This document shows positions 13,201 through 26,232 of a stretch of 64,000 nucleotides of DNA, piece after piece (position 1 is the stretch's first letter; each line of letters opens with the position of its first letter). The translations under genes and the position numbers were made by a program. The DNA is from Lingula anatina (lineage: Eukaryota > Animalia > Brachiopoda). Location: positions 14,358,644-14,422,643 of the forward strand of contig CM120643.1 in NCBI GenBank assembly GCA_051362555.1, in the 5' to 3' direction. The notes beneath the pieces were generated by a model that was given only the letters and a program-made list of their open reading frames with translations, did no database searches and was not told where the DNA came from.

Positions 13201-16200
13201 AGTGATGCCCCGTAGGGTGTCAAGGATATGTAGAAGGAAGCGCTAACAAAGGCGATTACGTTTAACCGCAATTAAGAGGTGTGAAGTTGCATTTGAACGT
13301 TTCAATGGCTCTTCCTCGGCAATCAAGTAATTTTACCTGAGAGATTCCTTCTTTGTTATCGGCAAAGTAATCACATAAAACTGTGTCGAGAGCAAGTGTC
13401 CGTCACTTGTGTTAATACGAGTTTTTTGACGGGTAACGCTGCAGGATTATTTTGCACGACACTTGGTAATCGTCAGATCAACGGAAAAATCCAGTGATTA
13501 CTTCATAGCGGTATTTCTCAAAATGCCAGCTAAGATAAAGGGGAGACGCTCAGCTGCACAAGAATCAGCGATAAAAGTGGCTGAGAGAAGGCTTTTGAAT
13601 AAATATCTTATTTTTACACACATGACTCTTAGACCCTATTTGCTTTTTACCTGCTAGTCTTGACTATTCTCGGGGTCTTTTTGTGATTTTCATTTTTGGA
13701 TACATTTTGAACTCTTTCTTCCCGCTTGATCAGTGATTTTGAAATTACAATTTTTCGCGTGTCTCTCAAGCTCCATGATATCATATCTTGGAGAATAAAA
13801 TTTTATTTTGTCAACATTAGATTTACCTTTTGCAAACGGCGACCAACAATCATTTCCGGTTTCGTAACGTGTCGCAGATACGCTCGCCGATATATATTGC
13901 AAAAATTAGCTAGGCTAAAAGTATCCTTTTTAGCGTTTTTTTTATTTATCGATTTTTCTTTCATTTGTCAATTAATTTAGACAATTCGATTAACTCTTTT
14001 GCCCATTTATTAGGTATTCAGAAATCAGTCATCCATCTGAACAAATAGGACCGGTTTTCCCCAACCGCCATGCATAGGCCCTACTCTCTTTCAAAATTTT
14101 CTTTCTTTCCTCAGGAAATGGACTTTTAACACGAACTTTTCTCTTCCCCATAGTGTACTAGCTAGACTTCTTCACTGCTAAGCTGATGTAAGACTTATGA
14201 CCTATTACCGCACACGTAATCGGCTTATAACTCATTAACTGTGCTCCGACCCCCTCATGGCAACGGCCCTTAGTAACAGAGGTGTGGCTTAGTTGTCAGC
14301 CTGACTGGGGCGCGTGTCGGTTGAAAAACTCATCAAAAGACACATTTTGCGATGCAAATTCATAAAAATTATTACATCCAACGTTAGATACTTTTTTAAT
14401 TAATATAAACACACAAAAAACTCAAAAACATGATTTTAAGCGTATTTAACCCTATCACCGGCCTTAAGTAACTATGAGGAGCTGTTACAGTAATTAACTA
14501 GAGCTATCACCAAATATGGTGAATGACACTGCTTCCCTTTCCTCATAGCCTTACCAGAAGAGAGTTCAAGAGGAACCAGAATGATGGAAAATAGCTTCAA
14601 TGTCAACAACTCATCCTTTCCTTTGCTAATGAGCGACTGCTTTAAATTTCCAAATGGTTCTGATTTTTAAATTAAAAAAGGAAAAATTAACCCCATTTCT
14701 AGATTGTGATTCTTTAAGTCTACAACATTATTATTATAGCACCTTCGGCAAACTTTATAAAAAATCATAACACTTAGCCACAAAATACTCACAAAAACGT
14801 CAATGTTAATGGGTCCCATATATGGCAAAAGATCTGGCTTCACCGCAAATACACGGTAGTTGACTGAAATTACATACGGAGGAACATTTGTCTACTGTTA
14901 CTGTACAGTAAATTAATCAAACATTACGCTTTCTCAATTCTTTAGACAGCTGTACACAGAGGTTTTTTAATGACCAAAAAGTTTTTTACCCAATTGGTCC
15001 AAATTATGAGACTTGCAAGTTGTTCATTTCTGAATATCTTGAGAGAGAGAACAGCCTTGAGTTATTAACATCCAATGATGATATCTGTACAAAAATCAGC
15101 TTTTTTGAAAATAAAACTAGAACACATTCACGACAGCAGAATAACTAGTCTATTGATTAAATATGGCAGTTCCACTTGAATGCTTGTTACACAATACTCA
15201 TGGAGAATCTATCCTGTGCCTATTGTGGGATTAGATGGCAATCTTTTAAGTGGGTAGGCATATTTGACCCATGGACTAGTAAGTGTGCTGTTTCGAATGT
15301 AGCCTAAAATAGCATGGTTGTGAACTTTACCATGATAGAACTTAAACAGCCACCTGACGCGCTTTCTTACCCAGTTGCCCAGGCTTGTACATTGCTTTAT
15401 CTGTCTGAATAAATACAGACATGGTCTTTTGATGCATGTTCACCGAGGAGGAGTTTTTAATGGAGTCCAGCTGCACTTTCAGACTAAATTTACTTCTTGT
15501 AGCATCTGAAGGAATCTATGAGGTTCAAAAAATGGTTATTGTAAGGTAATAATACTCATTTTAAACAGATAAAAATCATCTATTTTTTTTTTCAATTTAA
15601 TTTAATATTATTCTCTTTTTAAAATCTCTGAAAACTTCAACTTGAAAAAGTGCATGGCCAACATAATTTTATAAAATGCAATTCATTTAATAAGGTCTCA
15701 TAACAAAAAGAATGTTATTTACTCTAAATAAGTATATTTTATATTTTACAAAATATCTTCTCGTTTGTGGATGACTATTTCAAGATAAGTAATCTAGTCT
15801 GCTGAATGCTTCCAACTGCCTACCTGCAAGGACACTAAAGATGGCACCCCTGCAAGTAAAAAAAAAAAAAGATCTCACATGAAATAATGACATCTAAGAA
15901 ATCCGAGTGTCATGCTAGGCTATACAAGCAATGTGGCTTTTCCATGAAAATGCAAAAATAGAATAATTGTTCTCAGAATCCAGATAAAGACTGGGTTCCC
16001 ACAGATTTAGATTGATCCATCTAGATCGACTTAACTCCCTGGGGGTTCACGCTAAATTGCTGTCAGCTTCCGGGAGCCAAGCCCACACAAAAGTTAATTA
16101 CCCCCTTACAGCTTTTAGTAGGCGGGACAGACATTCAAGCCGGTTAGCTGACAGCAAGACTCCCCAGGGGGACAGATCGATCTAAATATCTGTGGGAATG

Positions 16201-17149
16201 CAGTCTTAGTTTCAGATTATTGAATGATGATGCCTAAATCCCTCAAATCCATTGTCAGGGGCGGATTTAGGCCGTCTTCTGGGTCTTCTGGAAGGCGGTC
16301 AGATTTTCAAGTTTACATAAATGGGTACCTAATTTTTTCTGACGGAAGACGGTCAAAAATGGAGGACGAAACAATAAGGATAATTCCGAAGCCTGTCAGA
16401 AAATATATTTGGATCCGCCCCTGTCATCTAAAACTTATGCTAAAAGGGTCCGTAAATAAAACTCTTTGGTTACCTTGGGTTAAAGGAGGGGACGTAACAG
16501 TGGCCACACTCTGCCCAGTTGAATTGTCCACAATGGTCAATGCGGCCTGTGGGGTTCCAGCACGGAAGGATGTCACGCTGACATTGTATGTCATACCAGC
16601 ACGAAACACCTGCGGTGCTAACACTAGATAGCTGCAACATGGAGACAAGATGGTTAATTCTAGCCTCCTGCCACAAATTACAGTGTGATCATATATCAGT
16701 GTTTTATAATCTGAAGTCACACCCTTATTTCTCAACTAACACCAATTAGCCAAAGGTGAAAAATAATGACTGTGACAGTACTAGTAATTAATTTTACTGT
16801 ATAATATCTATCAGGATCTATTATAATATGACTGAAGACAAAATAACAGTTAGGACACATTAAAAAAAATAGCTAAATACAGGAAAATATATTTTTGTCC
16901 AATTAGGCAATATAAAAATGGACCAGGTCTTCATCAAACATTTTTCTCAACAAGAAAAGTTTTCAAAACATTCCATATCACTACATAATTATTCAAACCA
17001 AATTATCTTTATTTCAATAAAAATGACATCTAAAACAATAGGCTTTAAATTAAAATATTGACAAAAATAACTTACGCAGGGGTTTCAGCTGCTGAGCCAT
17101 GCCAGCAAGCTAGCACTGCCAAAGCAGTTAAACGGGCAACCAGCCACAT
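773..17149 (-). CDS. CD109: CD109-like thioester-containing protein (TEP / alpha-2-macroglobulin family), N-terminal ~740 aa; gene continues beyond position 1
   Basis: 19 phase-consistent exons: 17076-17149 (signal peptide MWLVARLTALAVLACWHGSAA), 16474-16631 (YLVLAPQVFRAG), 15824-15849, 15371-15515 (VFIQTDKAMYKPGQ), 14793-14863, 12164-12221 (DPKGNKI), 11827-11900 (PVLGDWKI), 11610-11649 (FTVAEY), 11176-11263 (VLPLYEV), 10624-10735 (YTYGKGVKG), 8568-8807 (FKPGLKY), 8093-8284, 7295-7408, 6988-7050, 6202-6396 (MAPKARILVY), 5772-5939 (AVDQSVLLLKSGNDIT), 4940-5095 (RKKR), 4448-4508 (EAGMLVMTDA), 773-956 (VRKEFPETWLW). These motifs are diagnostic of A2M-family macroglobulin domains. The thioester motif lies outside the window, so CD109 versus other TEP orthology is a best guess. 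Confidence 0.92.
1672..3977. mobile_element. Non-autonomous Helentron/HINE (DINE-1/pearl-like) element with internal satellite
   Basis: Begins AAAACTAGA. Subterminal inverted repeat TTGTACCACCAGC (1711-1723) / GCTGGTGGTACAA (3963-3975), the latter forming a terminal hairpin TGTACCGCCAGCG-CCAA-CGCTGGTGGTACA. CGGA-type microsatellite near 3895-3930 and central tandem array. Related inverted copy at 46277-47505. Confidence 0.8.
1875..2997. repeat. Tandem satellite, ~8 units of 146 bp
   Basis: Anchor ATTGCCAG recurs at 2191, 2336, 2482, 2628, 2774 and 2920 (period 145-146), with more degenerate units at 1923 and ~2056. No variable spacers. Confidence 0.97.
5685..5717. repeat. (CA)n microsatellite; others at 20686-20730, 29113-29180, 31641-31700, 32389-32438, 58240-58272
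   Basis: Direct inspection of dinucleotide runs. Confidence 0.95.
10203..10376. mobile_element. ~170-bp MITE (CAGGGG-GGAT...CCGCCCCT termini); second copy at 16256-16423
   Basis: Two similar copies share CTTCTGGGTCTT..GGAAG.CGGTCA...TTTCAAGTTTACAT. Short terminal inverted repeats. Copy 1 is flanked by TTAAC/TTAAT. Confidence 0.7.
10537..10611. repeat. Perfect 29-bp inverted repeat with 17-nt loop
   Basis: AAAAAACTTTTTTGCTTTGACTGCATGTA (10537-10565) is the exact reverse complement of 10583-10611. Confidence 0.93.
12548..14463. mobile_element. Kolobok-like non-autonomous DNA transposon (~1.9 kb) in a TEP intron
   Basis: CpG-rich block in otherwise CpG-poor intronic DNA, bounded by TTAA at 12544-12547 and 14464-14467. 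Termini AG...CC (RR/YY) with imperfect short TIR AGACGGGGAT / ATCACCGGCC. No long ORF. Confidence 0.6.
15988..16207. mobile_element. Palindromic MITE; partial related copy at ~24438-24575
   Basis: Long imperfect TIR AGACTG..TTCCCACAGAT-TTAGAT / ATCTAAATATCTGTGGGAATGCAGTCT. The internal CCCCTTACAGCTT segment recurs inverted near 24540. Confidence 0.65.
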
Positions 17150-19438
17150 TATCGGAATTAGCTCCTACTGCAAGTAGTTCAGCTGGCTTTTTCTTACAAC
17201 AGAAGACCACAGTTTTCCAATCACGCTACCCAAAGTTCTCTTTCTAGTGTAATATCTGAAATAAAGCAGAAATACCATTTATTATGTGATTATATTTAGT
17301 AATGTGAAAATACATCCAAATGTATTACATTGCAATATATGATGAATTATATAACACATACACTGGATTCAACTCGGCAAAACTCTTCTATCCTCAAGGA
17401 CTGACAACCCCTGGATTGCACAGAGATTATGACGCACAGATGTACCGTGTCGTATTATATAGCTGCAAGGAAGACCTTTGGAAAACAAATTGTTTGCACA
17501 ATGCCTCTATGTCATGGAAATAAATCAACATGATCATATACCACATTTTATCTTTTCATAACATGATCATACTGGCCCTGAATCACCCTTTGGTTTTCAT
17601 GTCCTAGCCTGACTTCTAAAGGTAAAACCATGCCTGTTCTAAATCACAAAAAGGAATGAATATTGGAAAACATCGTGAAATACAAAACTGTATCTACGCC
17701 CACACTCCAGCACTAGTTTTCTAGTAAAGACGTGGGTTTAAACAAAAAATAAAATGTTTTAAATCTATAACTGGATTTACAATTTTGTCTCTTTGAAGAC
17801 ATTGCGTCTCCCTCTTTCACACCTCAGCCAGTCTATCGAGAATACAAATGAACTTTTCTAAGTCTTGTTATGTAAACTTTGGTTTAAACTTAAACATCCG
17901 TGGCATCAGATACAGAACAGGGTTTACCTTTTAATGACTGACAGTCTACAAATTATAGTCTCCCATTAGAAACAGTCCAACATGAGTCCACAGACTCAAC
18001 AGTTTTAAAATCACAGTCGCTTCCTGTGATGATAGATACATGTAACATAGCTTATATATATATATTACAGTAGTCACAATTTTTTCTTAGGACCCTTGTG
18101 AAATATTTCATACAGGAAATGTTTCATGTGTGAGGTAATAGGTGAGGAAATAGAATGCCTACACAAAATTCTAAAACTTGTACACATTGAGAAGTTATTT
18201 TTGCATCCAGATTACCAATGGGGTAAATTTTAAAAACCCACATCTACATATATATGACTGCTTATTTTCTTATAAGCCCTTTTTTTTTGCCAAAGGAAAA
18301 AAATGGATAAGAGAAGAAAATGTCCATGCAACAATTACAGAATATCTTAAATGAAAATACTAAATACTAGTAATACATCAAAATCGCCCACAAGCAACAT
18401 TATCTGTTTATTAACAATTAGGTATCATATCATTACTAGATTTTTTCTTTTTAGAGTAATCAATTGTTTAGTATAAAAGACATAGCATATGTAGTCTTTC
18501 TCATATATCTTATTCAGACTAATCTTTGTATGGCTACCAAAATCTCCACTTTCATTTGAAATGTTTTAATGTTTCCATGTTCTTGGCATATAACTTGATG
18601 CACAAGTACAATGCTTACTAGTACCATGCCAAGATATCATATTACCTAGGAACACGATAATTAAATGAAACATCTGCACTGTACTACATGTAAATGTCAT
18701 GTCAGGCAATTGTTTTAGAGATGAATAAATATTTTTGATTTCAGTATTGCGTCTTTCAAGGTTACCTCCTCTTTTTGGGAAAGATAATTTAAAAGTTAAT
18801 TTAAACATTTGGTGAATAGTGATTATAACAAATCAACAAATTTCTCTAGCTGTCATGCATCTTAAACAAAATCATATCATACACTTAACTAAATACACAT
18901 ACTAGTACTAGTCCAACATTTTTTTCAACCTGAATTAATTACTAGTATTAAGCCTCCCAACCTTCAATCACTGGACTGGGAACTAAAAATTACTGACAAC
19001 GTTAATAACAGTGGATGTGCTAATTTGGACATTAATGTGACATACTATTTGACTTTCACAGGGACAACCAAGGCCTGAAATATCTAGTCTCCACTTTTCT
19101 CCAATACTGCCAAATGACAAAAATTTAATGTCTTCTCTTCAACAAGAATGTATAATTAGCACACAGGGCTTCAAGTATGGCTAAATCGTGTCTTAAGAAA
19201 GAAGATAATTGGTCTGTTGACGTCAATAACAACTTCATTAAAATAGCCAGCTGTAACTGGAGACTACGTTTACAAAACAATATGACATCAGAAACTATAT
19301 TTATAAATAACCATGCGTGCATAAAAATGATGAATTCGTGACTGGCAGTAAGATGTTTCAAGACAGGCTTTTCCTGATATTTGTTACTCTGAATGTTGCT
19401 CGCAGTAAACTGCAGCTCGTCTCTAACTATACATTTGT

Positions 19439-19606
19439 CAGGCCTGTAGCCAGCAATTTCAGAAGGGGGGTTCGTTTTCTGAAAAAGTGGACCTTTTACC
19501 ATAAAATCCTCAGGTACATAAGTCAAATTTTACCCAGAGTGGACCTTTTCCCAGCAAAAAGGGTGGTTCTTTCGAATCCCCCCGAACCCACCTGGCTACG
19601 GGCCTG
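19439..19606. mobile_element. hAT5-like MITE (168 bp) with 5-bp TSD
   Basis: TIR CAGGCC(C/T)GTAGCCAG / CTGGCTACGGGCCTG; flanking direct repeat TTTGT; highly similar copy at 34240-34407. Confidence 0.85.
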
Positions 19607-19616
19607 TTTGTAAAAC

Positions 19617-19789
19617 CTAGGGTAGCGCTAACACTCGCCAATTTAGGCAAATGTTAAAACTGACTTAAATTGGCTAAAGAAAAAAGGCCTGATTTGACTT
19701 GTTTTAGCCAAATTCTAACCATTTTGATAAGAAATTGACAAAAATGTGGTGATTTGGCTAAGCAAAAAAAATTGCTAGCACTACCCCAG
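19617..19789. mobile_element. MITE with 5-bp TSD
   Basis: Imperfect TIR CTAGGGTAGCGCTAACA / TGCTAGCACTACCCCAG; flanked by AAAAC on both sides. Confidence 0.65.
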
Positions 19790-20683
19790 AAAACTATTCA
19801 CTAACATACAGTATAACAAATAAGGCAAGGGCTGCCCACTATACAAGGCTACATTCTAATAGTTTCAAAGGTGTTGAAAAAGAAAAGAAAAGATGAAAGG
19901 CCTTCAATCTGTATGTGTTTTACATAAATTGGACCAAATACTCATTAGTCCAGACCTACTAGTACATCAGCCCAATTATCTACTAGTTTTTAAAGGCTTA
20001 GCTGAAAGGCACACTGATTTTAACCGCCCCAGAAAAAAACCTCCTTAGTTCTCTGCATTTTTCTGATAGAAAGATTTTAGAACTTCCAATCAATGAACCT
20101 CCAAACAAAAATGAAATAGTTTCAAAGAAACAGATCCTCAGATCTACTAATATATATATATTACTGTGTAAACTTGTGGATTATCGCAACCTACCTTCCA
20201 ATAAAATTGAACACTTCAAGTATTGTTGTGTAAATTTATACGCGCAGTCCAAATTTATGATTGTGAAGTGTTTTCTCAAGCTAGTATTGTGATATTTGAA
20301 AAGAAGGTAAATATCTTAACCTGGGTCTCCAGCTAGTTATTGATTTGACCCAATATTCTTATTTGGATGAGACCAGTTTTGAATAAAAAAAAAAAGGAAA
20401 AAAAATCACCACCATCCAATACCAGTCACTGTTTATCAAATACACATCCCCCCCTATTGACAAACCCATTGTGTACGCTGGGTTCTATTTTTTGGGGACG
20501 TTTCTTTCTCCAATGCTTATTTTTACAAACAAGCATTGTCAATTGTCACAGGTTTACAAAAGAGGAAGGAAAACCATTAGCGCAAGGTAGTACCAGGCCA
20601 CATGGTCTAGTTTTCAACCTATTGACACATCTTTTGGCAAAAAAAAGTTAAACTTATGGTGCAACTTCATATATATATATGAA

Positions 20684-20731
<48 letters not shown>

Positions 20732-21613
20732 CGACCTCCTTCCCTGGGCTAATAAAAAAAAAACATTTTTTTCTAAAATATTAAAAATTTTGAATGGAAT
20801 AACTAGCAAAAAAAATGCATTATATACTCTTCTACTGAAAAACAGTGCTGAATATTATAGTTACTGTAATAAGTATGATAACTAAGCACTCCTGTATGGT
20901 CAGAGAACTTATAGTGGGATTAAACCCCTAAGAAAGGGACACATACAGAAACCTTATTTTTATTTTTACCTTTTCAGACTATTATTAATATGTATTATTA
21001 TTATAACATTGACTCTGAAAATGCGTAACTTACAATGTTTGAATTATTTTTTCATTATAATGAGTCATGTGCCATCAAACTAAAAGGTGCATTTTTATCC
21101 TACTGCTATCTAATTTTCAACCACTTTCAGAGTGGCTAACAGAACTGATTCAGAAGGACACTCCACCCGTAATGACCCTAGACATGCAAGGTGACCACTG
21201 TCCGAGCTTAAAAACAACCTACTAGTATTCATCTTAAGCAACTCTTTTGTACCTGACTCAACTGACAATGAAACTGTTGCCTGATACATCTAAAAGCAAA
21301 CATGCCTCTGACATGTAAAATCTGTAATGAAATGTGAAATCTACTGGAAATGGCCAGTTGATGTAATGAACACCTAAGGCACATGTAATAACAGCATACT
21401 GTGACGTACTTACTACTATATAGTAAGTTGTAGTGCATGATACCACGAGCATTTACCTGTTTAATGGATGGTAAAAAGAGCCCACTGGAGTCAGGGAATA
21501 ACACGTTACCCTATGGGAAAGGGGGAATATGAATTTCACCATGATGTCATGGCAAAAACCAATGACAACTCCAATCATGACAAATACATGACAAATATAA
21601 ATCCTAACATATC

Positions 21614-21618
<5 letters not shown>

Positions 21619-21693
<75 letters not shown>
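21619..21693. repeat. (TA)n microsatellite; others at 26171-26228, 27890-27906, 44529-44557
   Basis: Direct inspection. Confidence 0.97.
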
Positions 21694-21696
<3 letters not shown>

Positions 21697-24600
21697 TTTA
21701 TTTACTAGTTACTGATTTTTTCCACTTCTCTACCCAAGTGCATAACATGAATACTGCAGCAGTAGTACGTACCCCCAGTACAAGTATCTCAATCGATGTC
21801 TACATCTGCTACTGATAATAAGCCTGACCAACTGTTGCTGGAAATGATGTACAAATATCCTCCATATTAATAATAAGTAGCTATAGTCTAAGAGGTGGTT
21901 AGTCCAGTTACTAGGACACTACGTTTTAGGTACTGTAACATCTCTAGCGGCATTCTCCCACTGAACGCATGGATGCATGACAGTCAACATTTTGTGATAA
22001 AGGTCTTTAAGAACAATCCACTGGTATGGGCAGAATTTGAAGTATGTTTTTCTCAACTTTTTGCATTTAATCTATCTTGGCTAAATTCTGAATTAGTTTT
22101 CTCAAATACAATTTGATCAAATTCAATCACTGCCATCAGTTACAATTTTCATTCTGCTCAATCTACAGTAGGTCAACAAGATCTATGAGCCCTATTTTTC
22201 ACACACACACACAAATTAATCAATCAATAAAATGAATAAATAAGTAATAATTAATATTGATATGCAGTTACATATTGGACCTTATGATACGCTGCAAATA
22301 GTCACCTATTGCCATTCGCCTGCCTATGCTGTTGACTTAAGGGATAACAACTCTTCAAATGATAAATACCAGTACATTGTTTAACAACTCATACGTAAAT
22401 TTCATTTTACCACCAATACAGTGTGTTTGCCCTCAGACCATATGACATCCATAGATGGCTACTCTCTGTTAAAATCTTTAAGAGATTATTACAAAAAAAA
22501 AATCTTAGGGAAAAAAAAGATATATATTTTTTGCCAAAATGCACAGTTGTCGTCCTAGGCTTTTAATCCTATAATGTATTCCTTACAGCTCCAACACCCC
22601 ACCCCCACCAGTCCAAACCCCACAAATAACTGTCTGGGGTAAGGTTAAACTTTTAGCAATAAGCTTGAAACTGCATGTTTCAAAAATTCATTTTAAAAGG
22701 CGTGACGAAAGTAACATTGAAAACATGGGTGAATATTTTACGTACTGCGCTAAAGACAGTTATTGTTCTGGTAATTTTACAGAATTTAGGGGAGAACATA
22801 TATCTGTGGATAAATTCCGTAAATTAGCTTTCATTCACTGCCACACCATAATTGCTCAGTCTCTTGTTATGCCTGACCTACTCTCCTCCAAATACTACCA
22901 AATCTCGACTGATTTCACGCCAAGTCCAGAGAGTTATCTAGGATATTCTCCATTCTCTGAGACCCACCTGAGCCAACAGCCTGATTACAGTTCACATGCA
23001 CTGTGGGACACCTATATCTAACAACACAGGGTCGTACCACCATAATTACAGTGGTGACGAGCCAAACAATACGGGGATTTGGTCTCGGCCGTGGAAGACA
23101 GAAATATGACACGTACCATTCATTGCCACAACGATCATGTCACTAACTACATGCCAGAAATCACAAAGTCACACATCTCCAACAGCAGCTTATGGAACTT
23201 ATGAAAAAATCTCTGCATGCATCATTTATACTGGAGACAGGCTTAAAAATTTCACCTGTATGACTTGGGCATGTGGGTTATTAGTGAAAGCAAACCAAAG
23301 TGAAAAGCATGACAAAACCATTGATCTGGACATAATTTACGTGCCGTGCAATAAATCTTGTCATTTCCTCCTCAATGAAGGAGTCAGTTATTTGCGTAGA
23401 TGGCTAATTGATATGCTGTGGATTTTTGGTCTCTATTTTATCTCTCAGCCACTATATATAATTTATATGCTTTTCCTCCAAGCAGTGTAGCACACAAAAT
23501 TTGGTTGAAAGAAAATACTAGTAGGCGTTTCACATGGGCTAAAGAAAAATATTTCAAACTTCAGGAAAAACAGTTGCACAAAACTTAGAAAGCAATGATG
23601 ATAACAAGAAATTTTATTCTCATCTATTTATCATGCCCTCGGGTTTTCATTATAAATAACATTGAATTTAAGAAATAATTGACACACAGTTTATTCATTC
23701 AAGTCAGGTTTCAACAGCAAATCTTTAGCGACACACCCAATTTAGTTCAGTGAATCAGAGAGGAAAAATACAAGTTGCAGGTACAGGAAATGCAGTAACT
23801 GTTTCAGGGTTATCTTTAATTCATGAAGAACTTGTTTTCTACATCTGTATTCAGCCCGGTGGTTCTTTGGTGATTCTCTGTAAACGTACAATTAATTTTG
23901 ATACCAACTTCACTACAAATAATTGCATAATTTCTGAAAACAATTATTTTGTCCTTCTCGATCATGGGAAATTCATCCAAGTAAATACTTAACAGGCTTT
24001 TTTGCATACCCAGCCTTACGCCACAGTATTGTAATTATCAGTTTAATTTCAGCTACTTTAGATAGGTAAAAAAAAAAAACAAGTATTCAGTCACTTTCAC
24101 CTCGATCACGACTTCTATACATACGTATATACTCCAATACAATAGCAGCTAGCAACTATAAAACGATTTCTGGCATAATCAAGCTATTTCCAACAACAAA
24201 TATTATTTACAAACCTACAGCAGTGGTGTCACATATATGATTTGATATACTGTAGCCTAAGAATCTATTAGAGAAACTATTATGACCACAGAGTGGAAAT
24301 TTTCATAAGAGACCAACATATCAGCTTTCATTGCATAACACCACCAAATTAGCTATATCGATCTTGGGACTTATTCTACATACTGTAAATAAATTGTGTT
24401 AATATTGGACAACATAATGAACTGGCTCCTGAATCTTAGGCTCTATTCCCATAGATTTTAGATCGATCTATCCCCACGGGGAGTCTCACTAGATTACTTT
24501 CAGATAATCCGACTTAAATGTCCGTCCTGCCTACTACAAGCTGTAAGGGGATAATTAACTTTCTTCTGGGAACACAGCTTAATTGCGGTCCTTAAGATTG

Positions 24601-26168
24601 TTTGTACAATGCAACTTATACACACTAGTAGTTGGTTAAGTTTTATAGCAGTCACTTTCTGATACATTTTCAACCCTTCTTCATATTTAGTGGCCTCAAC
24701 ATGCTTTACACTGGATACACTACAGTTTTTAGACGAATGGCCAAGCACAAAATTATCTCATAAATAGTTCATACACTTTTTTTGTTATGAAGATACGCCA
24801 TTTTCACTTTGTGATAAGAACTTTAAAACATAAATTATCCCGATGGCTATGAATGCCATATATGATAACATATTTTGTATGAACATAAAAAAGGTTAATA
24901 TATAGTATCCCTTTGAAGGCTGTAGAAAGATAAGAAACAGACATCTTTACAGAATATGATATTTCTGTCAAAACAGTCCTTTATTCATCTCTTATCTTGC
25001 ATTATTTTGTCCTTTAAGATTATCCCTGTACCCACAAATGTGAAGAAAATTCAAGTACATGCAGATCTACCTGTTCACTACAATGCAATAAATTGTTGAT
25101 AAATTGTTGTATTCCATCAGAGCTGGAGGCCATTACTAGCATCAATAGTAATTAAATAGTGAAGGTCATACACCAGGTGGTCCCCTCACCTTCTCCCCTT
25201 AAGACACAGTGGTTTTCTACAAGTCAAGTTGGTCCACTGCCAAGCTGTTTTAATGGCAAGGCCAGCTATTAACGATGAGCTGGTTAACGAATGGTACCGA
25301 CTTTGAATGCTACTGATTTTGAGTGGGCTTTTTTTTGCCAATTTAAATTTGATTTCATGGAAAAAAAACAAAGTTTACATCTGACCCCAGGGAAAACCTC
25401 AATGCACTTGTTTTTATTATAAAAAATTACCTCCACTGTGAATTTGACATCTTCCTCCCCCCTCCCCCCCCCCCCCCCCGAGCAAAAAAAAATTAAAAAT
25501 GATATAAAATAGTTAACAAAAACACCCTCTTACCAAGAAATATAGCCCCTATGCTCTTTAAACACTTTTGTTTGAAAAAAAAATGAAATTAAATTGAAAC
25601 AAAGTTTGCCTAACAGCTAACCCTGTTTAGAGTCATTGCATGTAAACCAACTTATCAGGTTTGACTGGCCTAACATTAACTTTACACAATTTTCAGAGAC
25701 CCAAGGTCCTGTCAGAGATGGTAAAAAGGCTCAAATATCTCAGGAAAGGTAAGGAGGCAAGACTAATTGATTACGCTTGAAAAATTTTTTTCCCAAGGTA
25801 TCAAAGCATTGAAATAAGAAGAAAGTGCTGTTACCTATTGTACACCAAGATAAGCTTGCTCTGGAAGAATACCATACTGTAGACCACAATCCTACAATTA
25901 CAATAACAATTTCTACAAATGAGCATGACACATTTCTCACACTAAATTTAAAAAAACAAACTTCCAGGTTGTGTGGGTCTTTTTAAATTGAAGGTCCTAC
26001 CTTGCAATTTGAATCCCGTGGATCTATGTTGTACATGTTTAAATCTTTTCTAATGTCCATTTTGTAATAACATTCTCTTTACGCTTCACTAACACCTAAG
26101 ATGACATGTTTGCTTGGTAGGTCATCAATTTTTACCCTTTATTCCCAGCCGTCTAGTTTTCCCTAACT

Positions 26169-26228
<60 letters not shown>

Positions 26229-26232
<4 letters not shown>

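Noticed and set aside
16224-16631. 135-aa plus-strand ORF
   Set aside because: Chimera of a MITE and the antisense of TEP exon 16474-16631.
19125-19613. Overlapping 133-aa and 98-aa ORFs
   Set aside because: They run through a MITE and AT-rich intron, with no recognisable motifs or splice support.
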